Origin: Octopus sinensis
Taxonomy: Eukaryota
Assembly (NCBI RefSeq): GCF_006345805.1
Contig: NW_021833119.1
Span: 1-64,000, forward strand
DNA: 64,000 bases
Direction of reading: 5' to 3'
Below the pieces are notes generated by a model. The model saw only the letters and a program-made list of their open reading frames with translations, made no database searches and was not told the origin of the DNA. Each line of letters starts with the position of its first letter. Position 1 is the stretch's first letter. Below are positions 53,211 to 64,000 of this stretch, piece after piece. The translations under genes were made by a program, and so were the position numbers.

Positions 53211-54464
53211 AAGCTGAAATCCAGCCTGATATCATTCTTAGCAGATTTTGGCCATAAAATACTAAGGCTTTGAGGCCAACGAGTCAGTTTTCCATCCATC
53301 TCAGATCCCGAAGATGTGAACTTTGAGGCTCTGAATTAGCAAGACCTTAAATTAACATGGAAGTGGATGAGTATTCCTCAGACGTGTGTACCATTAATGT
53401 AATTCTTATGCAGAATTCTCGTGACTTTAGCGGGTGACAAGGCTGGTCCTGGAATGGGAAACACAGCCCACTGGGCAGGCTTCGGCCTATTTTCTGCCAA
53501 CCCAGTTCTATTGACAAGTTCTGGGCTGACCCAAGTCTATGGAGACATTTGATCACACCCGGGAAGGCGTGAGAGAGGGAGACAAAAAAGAGAGGGGTGA
53601 GAGGGGGAGAAAGAGAGATGGGCAGGTTGGAGGAAGGTAGCTGCAGAAGGGGGTATGGGAAAGAAGAAGAAGGGGAGAGAGGGTAAAGAGGAAGGTAAGT
53701 TGCATGGAAATAGGTTTGTCGATAAAAAGAGAGCAAAAATGTTATGTGAGTGTTGTAGTGGGATCGCGAGGAAGTTCATTTAAACATGCTATATCCTCTT
53801 GGCAGTAACGCGATCTGCTAAAGTTAGCAGTCAATAACAATGCAAAAGAGCCCCTTGAAGGTCGATAAACCTGCTAGAAACAGCAGATAAATCTCATCGA
53901 AATAGCATTGGGTAACCTTGGGCTAATAGCAACACAAAATCCACGCGGGAGAGCAGCGACACCAAAACAATAACGTGAGTCTTTCTCTTGGGACTTTTCT
54001 TTGTCCCATTCTCAATTTCCGCTTCTTTAACTCTTTCTCTCTCTCTCTATTTTTCTGTCTACCAATCTATGAACCTGTTTGCCTATCTCTTTATCGCTCT
54101 CTCATTATCGTTCTCTCTCTCTCTCTCTCTCTTAACAGTTCTAATTCTATGAATATATTTCATTTAATTATATCTCTCACCCTCTCTTCTTCTCTTCCTT
54201 TACGCACACACACTCATTCATTATTTTCCCTTATCACAAAATTATTATTTCACAAAATCTCTTTTCTGCGTGATTTATTGAAATTATCTTCCCATTATTC
54301 AGTGAACGAAGACGGTGTATCTGGATTAGTTTCTATCACATTCTCCACAAAATATATGCATGAACACATAATATACATATTATATATATATATTCATTTA
54401 TATATATATATACATACGCGTTTCTACATATATGTGTATATATACACATCTATATACATACGTA

Positions 54465-54509
<45 letters not shown>

Positions 54510-54744
54510 TTATATATAGATATGTATATACATTTATTTATATACATACATGCCTTTCTAAATATGTGTAGATACACACATGTTTGTATATATACATTTA
54601 TATACATAATAGATATGTATGTATACATGTATGCAAATACATTGGTTATTGAAACTAAATATTTATATCGTGGTTTCACGCCACTACGTCCTTCAAGCAA
54701 GAAGACACACACACATACATGGATGGGGTGCATACACCTATATA

Positions 54745-54789
<45 letters not shown>

Positions 54790-55081
54790 TCTTTATTCTC
54801 TTCACCCAGTTCCCCCTATTTTCTATTTTCATTTAACCACTAATATTAAAACTCTTAATCCATGGATATTTTCTGCGGATTAAACTCAATCAATTCCTTC
54901 AAATGAGTTAATGGCTTCTCCGCCATCGCCTTCCTGCTCCCTTATATACGTTTATTAGCTTCATCCTCCTTTTTCCTTCTCCCTCTCCTCCACACCGCAT
55001 CATCATTCAAGTCTCTCTCCCCCTCCTCATTATAGTCATCCGTCAATGTGTACAATTATGTATGTTTAAACATATATAAAC

Positions 55082-55132
<51 letters not shown>

Positions 55133-55879
55133 CGTGTGTGTGTGCGTGCATGTGTCTATATATATGTGTGTGTGTGTGTGTGTATGTATATGCATATATA
55201 TGTATATATTTGAAATATGTGTGAGTATATATATTTATAGAAATATATATGCACCCACATATACATATATATATATATACACACGCACACATGTATTTTT
55301 ATGTGTGTGTGTGTGTATGCACACATGCATGCAGATACATATATAGATGTTTGCGTGAATGTGTGTGTGCGCTTGATGCAAATGTGTTTATTGTTCCGTG
55401 TATGCATATACCGTGCGTGAGCACTGTATGTACGAGAGCTGTTCATACATGCGTGTATATTTGTGTTGAGAAACCCGCAAAACTTAATTATAAACTATAC
55501 ATGGATGCTTAATTAATTGCAAAATACAACCCCAATCCCAGCACACAGAGATCGATCATAAATGAAAAATCCGAAAATAATCATGAAGTTAACTGCGAAA
55601 CAATTTTTAAAAAGAGTAATGACGATTATTATCAGTTACAATTTCCTCGTGATCCTTTCCTGCCTAATACTTAACGCAGTAACATCACATGACGTTATGG
55701 TCATTTCACTGTGATGAGGCTAAACTGTTCCTATAATATACATATAGACATGCATTCAGACATATATATATAGTTAATCCAAACAAGAAAACACAGAAAA
55801 AAACAGAGAAAAACACAGCAACGCGAGGACGTGGAACAATTAAAGTATTATTTGACGCTCAGGAAAGAAGGGAAGGAGG

Positions 55880-55914
55880 GTTTAACGTTTCGAGCGGAGC
55901 TCTTCGTCGGAAAC
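55880..55914 (-). ncRNA. Minimal type I hammerhead motif, C4 variant
   Basis: Minus GTTT-CCGACGA-A-GAGC-TCC-GCTC-GAAAC-GTT-AAAC; stem III AACGTT palindrome. Confidence 0.55.
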
Positions 55915-56239
55915 AAGGAGAAGGAAAGATCCCGAGAAGGGAAGACAGAGGAAAAAAATTTTTTTACTGGTGGTGCTCAAGAGATCACATGTTGAAAGAA
56001 CAGAAGTTGAAAGGTAGACGAATCATGATTTTTAAAAACAAGAGTTTCATAGACAAGGAATGTGTGTGGGTGCGTGTGTGTATGTGTATGTGTGCAAGTG
56101 TGTTTGTGCGTGCGTGCGTGTGCATGTGTGTGTGTGTATGTATGGTGAATAATAGGCATGGAAAGCTAGCTGTCATAAAGGAGTGGCACTATTTTGTATC
56201 CAGCGAGGTCAAAACCAGGTCAAAAAACAAAGGGGTATA

Positions 56240-58770
56240 TGTGTGTGCGTGTAAGTATATGTATCATGTGTATGTGTTGTTTGTAGTGTGTGTGTGTGTG
56301 CATGTGTGTGTTCGTGTTTGTATGCGTAGAGTTTGGGTGTGTGGCGAGTAACTGTGCTTAACCTAGTGTATGTATGCGTGTGTGCTTGTACTTGCGTGTG
56401 TGTTCGTGTGTGTATGCGTAGAGTTTGGGTGTGTGGCGAGTAACTGTGCTTAACCTAGTGTATGTATGCGTGTGTGCTTGTACTTGCGTGTGTGTAGGGA
56501 TGTATGTGTGGGTTCATTTGTGTGAGTGTGTATGTATGTACGTGTATGTGTGTGCGTGTATGTGTGCGTTTGTATGTGTTTATGTGTATGTATGCGGCTG
56601 GTGTATATTGTGTATGTGAGTTTGTGTGTGTTTGTACGTGTGTATGTGTGTGTGCGTGTATAGTATATAGATGTAAATGTGTGTGTGTGTGCGTGTGTGT
56701 GTACGTGCGTGCGAGTGAATGTATGTATATATGTGTGAGTGTGTACAATGTAGAGGCTTATATGTGTGTTTATATGTTTATATGTGTGTATGTATTTATG
56801 TATGTGTGTATGTGTGTGTGTGCGTGTATGTCTGTGTGTGTGTATGTATGTGTATGTATGTATGTGTGCATGCGTGTATGTGTATGTATGTAAGTATATG
56901 TATGTATCTATGTATGTATGTGTGTACGTATGTGTGTGTGTGTTTGTACGTGTGTATGTGAGTATGTATGTGGGTATATGTATGCGTGTGTGTATGTATG
57001 TATGTGTGTATGTGTGTGTGTGTATATGCGTGTGTATGTATGTGTGTGTATGTATGTGTGCCTGCGTGTATGTGTGCATGTGTGTGTGTATGCATGTATG
57101 TATATGTATGGGCGTATGTATGTATCTATGTATGTATGTATGTGTGTATGTGTGTGTATGTGTATGTATATGTATGTGTGTGTATGTGTGTATGTATGTA
57201 AGTGTGTATGTGTGTGTGTATGTATGTATGTATGTATATGTGTGTGTATGTACGTATGTATGTGTGTATGTATGTATTTATGCATGCGTGTATGTGTGTA
57301 TATATGTGTGTCTGTGTATATACGTATGTATGTACGTGTGTGTGTATGTATGAATGTGTGCGTGCGTGTGTGTGTATGTGTGTGTGTATGTATATGTATG
57401 TTTGTGCATGTATGTATCTATGTATGTATGTGTGTATGTATGTGTGTATATATGTATGTATGTGCGTGTATATATGTATATGTGTATGTGTATGTATGTA
57501 TGTATATGTACGCGTGTGTGTATGTATGTATGTGTATGTATGTATGTGTGTATAGTATGTATGTGTGTGTTTGTATGTATGTATGTGTATGTATGTATGT
57601 GTGCATGCGTGTATGTGTGCATGTGTGTGACTGTATGTATGTATATATGTGTCTATGTATGTATGTGTGTATGTATGCGTGTGTGTACGTATGTATGTGT
57701 GTATGTGTGTGTGTGTATGTATGTATATGTATGCGTGTGTGTATGTAAGTATGTGTGTATGTATGTATGTGTATTATGTGTGTGTGTGTATGTATGTGTG
57801 TATGTGTGTGTGTATGTATGTGTGTGTATGTATGTAAGTATGTATGTAAGTGTGTGTGTGTATGTATGTATGTGCGTATGTATGTGTGTGTATGTATGTG
57901 TATATATGTATGTGTGCATGTGTGTATGTGTGTATGTGCGTGTGTGTACGTATGTATGTATATGTATGTGTGTGTGTATGTATGTATCTATGTATGTATG
58001 TATGTGTGTATGTGCGTGTATGTGTGCGTGTATGTATGTATGTATATGTATGTGTGTGTATGTGTGTGTATGTATGTATGTATGTATGTGTATGTGTATA
58101 TGTATGTATGTGTGTGTATGTATGTTTGTATGTGTGTGTGTATGTATGTATGTGTATATGTTTGTATGTATGTATGTATGTGTGTGTATATATGTGTATG
58201 TATGTATGTGTGTGTGCGTGTGTGTATGGGTATGTGTGTGTATGTATATGTATGTGTGTGTATGTATGTATGTATGTATGTGTGTATGTATGTATGTGTG
58301 CATATGTGTATGTGTGTGTATGTATGTGTGTATGTATGTATTTGTGTATTTATGTATGTGTGTGTGTATGTATTATGTATGCGTGTGTGTGTGTATGTAT
58401 GTATGTATGAATGTATCTATGTATGTATTATGTGTGTGTACGTATGTGTGTGTGTGAATGTATGCGTGTAGGGGGGGTTGGAGTTGTGTGGGCGTAAGGT
58501 ACATGCGCGTGCTTGCGTGCGTGTGTGCGCTTACGTGCGTGTATCTGTGCGTCTCAGCTAGGTGTTTATAGGAGTGTGCTATCTGTATGAGTATTGTCCC
58601 TGGTGTTTGTGCACGAGCATGTCTGTGTGTGCGCGTGGGGGTGTGTGAGTGTGTGGGTGTGTGTATAGGTGTGGAAGTATGTATGCGTACATGTGCATGT
58701 ACGTTGTGTGTGTGTGGTGTGTTGGGAGTAGGTGTGTTCGTGGGTACGTGAGTATGTGTGTGTGTGTGAC
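56240..58770. repeat. ~2.5-kb (TG)/(TATG) compound microsatellite with a short tandem duplication near 56300-56490
   Basis: Direct reading. Confidence 0.95.
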
Positions 58771-58865
58771 TGCATAAGGACAATTATAAAAAATAAAAAT
58801 AAAAAAATATTTAAAAAATAAATAAAAAATAAAAGATTCTAGTGGGGAGAAGTGGAGCGCAGTCA

Positions 58866-61290
58866 CTAAGAGGAGGGGGCTGTGTTGAGTCCGTGTGGGG
58901 TTAGAGTCTGTAGAAGGAATATGAGCCTTTGCTCCAAGTGAAGCCTAGATTGTGGAGAGCCGTTGTGTGGGGCAAGACCAAACACCGAGATGTCATCGGG
59001 GGAATGGCTGGCCGAGCGGAAGTGACGTGATACGTGAGAATTGAACCGTAGACAAACATCCCTCATGTTCGGCGAATCGGTCTGACAACCGGCGTCCCGT
59101 CTGTCCTATATACAGCATTCCACAGAGGTTGCATTTAATGCAGTATACGAGTCCAGACGAGGTGCACGTAAAAGAATGTCTGATACGTACAGTTCGTTGG
59201 TTGGAACAGGTGACAGCAGTGGTGTTGGTGATTAAGGGGCAGGTGTTGCAGCGGGATCTGGAGCACGGGAAGGATCCGAGTGGGGCCGAGGGGGAAGAAG
59301 GGAGGGTGCTACGGACCAGGAGGTCGCGTAGATTCCGGGCTCATTTGAAGGAGGACAGGGGTGGGTTGGGGAAAATGGGGTGGGTCGTGGAATCGAGCTG
59401 GAGACGACGGAAGGCACGAGGTATCTTCCGACGAAGGGGTAGAGTAGAGGGGTGGAAAAGGAGAGGAAAGGGGGTGCGGTTGGGTGTGGGTGAGTGGAAG
59501 GAAAAGGGCGGTGGTGCGGTCGATGCGACGAGCGCGGGCGAGGGCGTTCAAGACCAGGGTAGGTGGGTATCCTCGAAGTCTGAACAGGCGGGCTAGGTAT
59601 TGAGACTGGGTCTCGAAATCCTGGTCGCGGCTGCACAAGCGTCGGAGGCGGAGGAACTGGGAGTAGGGGATGGCCTGTTTGGTGTAGAAGGGATGGGAGG
59701 AGAAGTTGAGATAGAGGTGGGAATCCGTGGGTTTGAAGAAGGCGGATGTGGTGAGAGAGTGGGAGGGGTGGTCGATGCTGAGTGAGATATCAAGGAAGTT
59801 AACGGAAGTATTGGATATGGTGGGAGTGAATTGTAGAGAGGGGTGGAAGTTAGAGAGGAAAGAGATGAAGTGGCAGAGTTGTTCGCGGGAAAGGGAGGTG
59901 GCGCCTATACAGTCGTCTATGTAACGACCGTATAGTTCTGGGGTCGGCCCGGAGAATTGGGAGAATACTTGGGCCTCAATGTAGCCAACAAAGAGATTGG
60001 CGAAATTGGGGCCCATTCTCGTTCCCATCGCGATCCCAGACAACTGTTGGTACGTTTCCCCGGCGAACGTGAAACAGTTGAGGGTTAGGACGAGTTCTGC
60101 CAGGCGGAGAACGGTGGGGGTGCCAGGGGTGGGGTCGGGACGACGGTCGAGGAAGTGTTGGAGAGCTAGGAGACCGTCGTTGTGGGGAATTACCGTATAC
60201 AGGGATTTGATGTCAAGGGAGAAGAGGAGGTGTGAGGGGCTGGAAGGGAAGGAAAAGGAATTGAAGAGACGGAGGGCGTGGTTGGGAAGGGAGGGCTTTG
60301 ACTAAGGGGGACAGGATGCGGTCAAGGTATAGGGAAATGTGTTCAGTTGGGCAATTACTGGCGGAAACGATGGGGCGGCCAGGGTTATCGGGCTTATGAA
60401 TTTTGGAAAGGAAATAGATGATGGAGGTGCGGGGTGTACGGATGATGAGGTTGGTGGCGGTGGGGGGAGAGCAGAAGAGGAGATGAGTTCGCAGATGGTG
60501 GACGACACTCGCTGTTGGTAGGAAGAGGTGGGATCAGAGGGGAGGAGGCGATAGAAGAGGAGATTTTGAAGCTGGCTGAGCGCTTCCTCCCTGTAGAGAT
60601 CCGCGCACCACACCACCACTGCTCCGCCTTTGTCCGCCGGTTTGATGACAATGTCATTGCGGCGACGGAGGTGGCGAAGGGCACCCAATTCAGCCTGTGT
60701 GAGGTTGTCTCGAAGAGGTCTTTTTTTAAAGTTAAACCGGTTTACCAATGCGTTGCAGTCGTTCACAAACGAATCTAGGCTACTGAATTGGCCCGGGGGC
60801 GGCGTCCAAGTTGGATGGGCGGCGCCCCAGCTCTAAAAAGCAATCTTTATTGTCGTGACGCTGCGGAGACGCGTGGAAGAAGGCGCAAAGTTTGAGGCGG
60901 CGCAGTAACTGGTTGACGTCCGTCCATGTCTCGAATTCGTCACAGTGGCGCGTGAGAGGCGTGAAGCGGAGTCCCTTACTGAGGAGAGAGCGCTCGGTAG
61001 TGGAGAGGGGGAGATTGGGGCGTATAGTGACAACAGTGCGAGGAAGCGGGGTGGTGGGATGAGTGGGGTCAGGAAGAGGGGGTGCAGAGGTGTGGGGAGG
61101 AGAGTTGGGGTGGTTCGGTGAAGATGGGGTAGGCGTAGAAAGGTCAGGGTGGGGGTGTGTGTTGTCCGTGGAGGGGGAAGGGGGAGGGGTGGAGAGAGTT
61201 GGGGGAGCTGGAGGGGAGGATGTGGAGGATGTGCAGGAGAGGGGAGGGGAAAGAGGTGAAGGGTTGAGGAAGTGGTGGAGTTTTGTTTTT
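58866..61290 (-). mobile_element. Penelope-like element (Neptune-like): RT + Cys linker + GIY-YIG endonuclease, frameshifted, 5'-truncated
   Basis: DIVIKPADKGGAVVVW, GIAMGTRMGPNFANLFVG, RYIDDC, NFLDI, FKPTDSHLYL..SSHP, AIPYSQFLRLRRLCS, RGYP; PCNTC linker; LVYCIKCNLCGMLYIGQTGRRLSDRFAEH; LEQRLIFLLQTLTPHGLN*. Confidence 0.92.
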
Positions 61291-61429
61291 TGTGTGTATT
61301 ATATATTATTATATATATTATTATATATATATATATTATATATATATTATATATATTATATATATATTATATATATTATATATATATATATATATTATAT
61401 ATATATATTATATATATTATATATAATAT

Positions 61430-61461
<32 letters not shown>

Positions 61462-62295
61462 TATATATATATATCTATATATAGATAGATATATATATAT
61501 ATATGCATAATATATATATATATATATCTTATTATAAAAGGCAGATTTTATCTGCCTCCTTTGGGAGTTATACAAATCTACAATATAGGATTTCTTCAAT
61601 TACAATTTACCTAGCAGTTTTAAGAGTACAATGCATCGCGTCATGCCAGGTCCAGTTTTTAAAATTTAAACTCCAATTAAGCAAAATTACAGAAAACTCA
61701 CATTGGTGTGTGTGTCAAATGCTTTCTTAGTCTGGTTTACACCACACGCAAACGCACACACACAGTGGGCAACGAATAAAATGAAGTAAATGTAATATTT
61801 GTTCTGTCTATCACGCTGATAGATACATGAGTAAAATGTATGGGAAGCTAACAGATAACAGTGAGTGAAAATGTTCTTGGAAGAGAGTAAATTAGCGACA
61901 GTCATTTGAGCAAGACTAAACTGAAACTATGAAACGGTGTTTATGTATAAACAGACGACACTTATATAAACCCTTTCGTTACCAAACCGCCCGAATTTAC
62001 CTATTCATATTTAAATGAGAATATCAGAGTAAATCTCTTTAGTACATTCGTGAAAACACGTATTATACTTCGTAAACACTTCAAATACAGTTTTGTACAA
62101 AAATCGAAGTGTAATTTTAATTCCGTGAATTATGGGAGATTTTTTTCCGAAATTTGTTCCTATTGTGTTTTCAAATTTGTAATTCTGACAAAAAATGGAT
62201 ACGAATTTCATTATATCAAGCAGCGAGTCAGAATTCGAAGGATTTTCTACTGAAGACCTTCATAAATCTAACTCTATGACTGAAAAAAAAAAGCA

Positions 62296-62589
62296 TCTTT
62301 ATATAAGAGTGAAGTTGTGTGTCTGTCCCCTTCGATTTACATTCGTAATTACTCCCACATTTTGCGGTGCAGTTAACCAAAAGCGGGTATCTTATAGTCG
62401 TGATTCATATCGAGCCCTTCTGGGTATTAGCGCGCGTCTACGATGAGTCTACGATTTAAAAAAAATTTACCTTAATTTTTTTTCAATTTTTAATGCATTT
62501 TTTTTGCTATTTTTTTGGCTATAACTCTCTAAAAATGCTTATATAGTTATTTCCCTTACAACCCGAACAACGCCGGGCGATACTGCTAG
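62296..62589 (+). mobile_element. Non-autonomous Helitron (~294 bp)
   Basis: A|TCTTTATATAAGAG 5' end, 3' hairpin CCCG-AACAACGC-CGGG (62562-77), CTAG|T end. A second Helitron-like 5' end TCTTATTATAAAAG lies at ~61527. Confidence 0.75.
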
Positions 62590-62819
62590 TATATATATAT
62601 ATATAAATTAGAAAAAAAACCTTTAATCAATTCAAAATGAAAAATTAAACATAAGGGGTCGGTTTATCGATTTTTTTAATGGCTTTCAGGGGTAACTGGA
62701 AAAGGAAAAGATCTTCATAACCACCCTTGGACGGTTTTGAATGACCATAGAAAGTTCGAGCCCTCTCACTGAAAAATTGTGGATTTGTATAAAGGATACA
62801 CACACACAGACGTTTTGCC

Positions 62820-62863
<44 letters not shown>

Positions 62864-62867
62864 CGTG

Positions 62868-63450
62868 AATTTTTTGCGTAATGGGATATTACGCAAAAAA
62901 TTTATATATACACACGCTAACATAGAACCAACGTTGAACCCTTTATTCGCAATATTACCATAGCACTTATTCAGCATTACCTGACACCTTTCGGTCTCAA
63001 TGACACCATTATCTCTTATAACCAATATATAAGCTACTAAATATACATTAAGTGAAAACTAAATACAACACTTTAAACTCTATACATTAAATCATATTAT
63101 TAATTAATATATTTATTTAATAAACCTCCAAATACAGTCTAATACCCATTAAGCAATTAATACTAAAACCTCAAAATTAATTAATATACACAATGCTAGT
63201 ACAAGCCGTACACAATAAAAAAATATTTTATTATTGTAGTTATTTTAACCTGATGAATGGCTATATTTATATCGAAGTGATTTTACTACTACTACTAATA
63301 TTTTTACTATAATCATTTCTTAAATATAGCCACGAAACACGTGTCGTTATTCTACCAAGTATATACGTTTTAACTATTATTTTGCACATTCCTTAATCAT
63401 CGGTATATTATTTTTATATTATATTTAATATTTCTATTATATGTAATTTT
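62868..63450 (+). mobile_element. PLE 3' fragment: endonuclease C-terminus, AT-rich UTR and intact hammerhead
   Basis: IALIQHYLTPFGLNDT (62945-63040) resembles the GIY-YIG PLE C-terminus; 15-bp hairpin at the truncated 5' end; HHR at 63246-63349. Confidence 0.65.
63246..63349 (+). ncRNA. Type I hammerhead ribozyme, canonical core, long stem II
   Basis: TAAC/GTTA stem I; CTGATGA 63250-56; perfect 12-bp TGGCTATATTTA/TAAATATAGCCA plus GAAGTGATT/AATCATTTC; GAAAC 63334-38; ACACGTGT palindromic stem III; GTC 63343-45. Confidence 0.82.
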
Positions 63451-63477
63451 CTGTTCAAAAAAAGTCCCAGCTGTACC

Positions 63478-63725
63478 ATCTAAGGTGAGGACCATGTACT
63501 GTAATAGCTTGAGATTCAAGGGCCCACAGCTATTTAACACCTTGCCAAAATATATGAGGGATCTCCATGGAGTGGTGGTAGATGTTTTCAAGAAACAACT
63601 TGACCTCCCAGATGAACCAATATCCAGACAGAAAACTCAAAAGAGTACAGCAGTGTTGAGCTCCCTCCTTCGCCAAAAGCCAGTCACATAGAATCGGTCA
63701 GTTAAAGGGTGAAGGCTGAAACACA
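63478..63725 (+). pseudogene. CR1-like LINE extreme 3' relic
   Basis: RTMYCNSLRFKGPQLFNTLPKYMRDLHGVVVDVFKKQLD..PDEP; ends near GCTGAAAC. Confidence 0.8.
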
Positions 63726-64000
63726 CAATAACAGAATATAGCGTAATATATAACTGAAAAAGACCCCGTCATGTATGACCATGGGATTGCACCTAGAAGG
63801 TTCCCTTCTGAGGTACAAGTCCGGGCAAGGTTGATTTGTAAAAGTGCAGCAGGTACCCATTTTTACGGCCTCTCCTCTCCATGCCACCGATGTTATCCAA
63901 TGTAAAGGCAAAGGGTCCGATACAGCTTAGCACCAGTGACGTCGCAACTCAATTCTACAGCTGAGTGAACTGGAGCAACGTGAAATATGTAATCGAAGAC

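Noticed and set aside
42298-58471. Long V/C/M/Y or H/T/Y ORFs (e.g. 42298..43719, 57354..58457)
   Set aside because: Translations of (TG)/(TATG)/(CA) microsatellites.

Overview
AT-rich, gene-free eukaryotic repeat landscape, most likely a coleoid cephalopod (Octopus-type tRNA-SINEs; inferred from repeat content, not from a marker gene). I can support no host exon. Almost all ORFs in the supplied track are translations of (TA)n/(CA)n/(TG)n microsatellites. Real content: a nearly complete CR1/L2-superfamily LINE ORF2 (minus, 8.9-11.9 kb) plus two relics; a HERO-clade RLE LINE with a 14-bp TSD that splits a SINE and has lost its RT catalytic motif; two R4/Dong-like 3' fragments; a Neptune-like Penelope-like element (PLE; RT + GIY-YIG, 58.9-61.3 kb); Tc1, DD37D/maT, mariner and pogo/Tc2 relics; a small Helitron; three tRNA-SINE families. 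The most striking signal, found by manual folding, is about a dozen type I hammerhead-ribozyme (HHR) motifs from at least seven unrelated sequence families. They sit in a ~360-bp tandem (retrozyme-like) array and in several fold-back units whose ends abut (TA)n tracts. Several carry recurrent non-canonical catalytic cores (UUGAAAA = U3-A8 covariation in two unrelated families; CCGAnGA; CUGUyGA) and palindromic stem III. All folds are by eye and activity is untested. Many frameshifts fall in homopolymers and may be long-read assembly errors.
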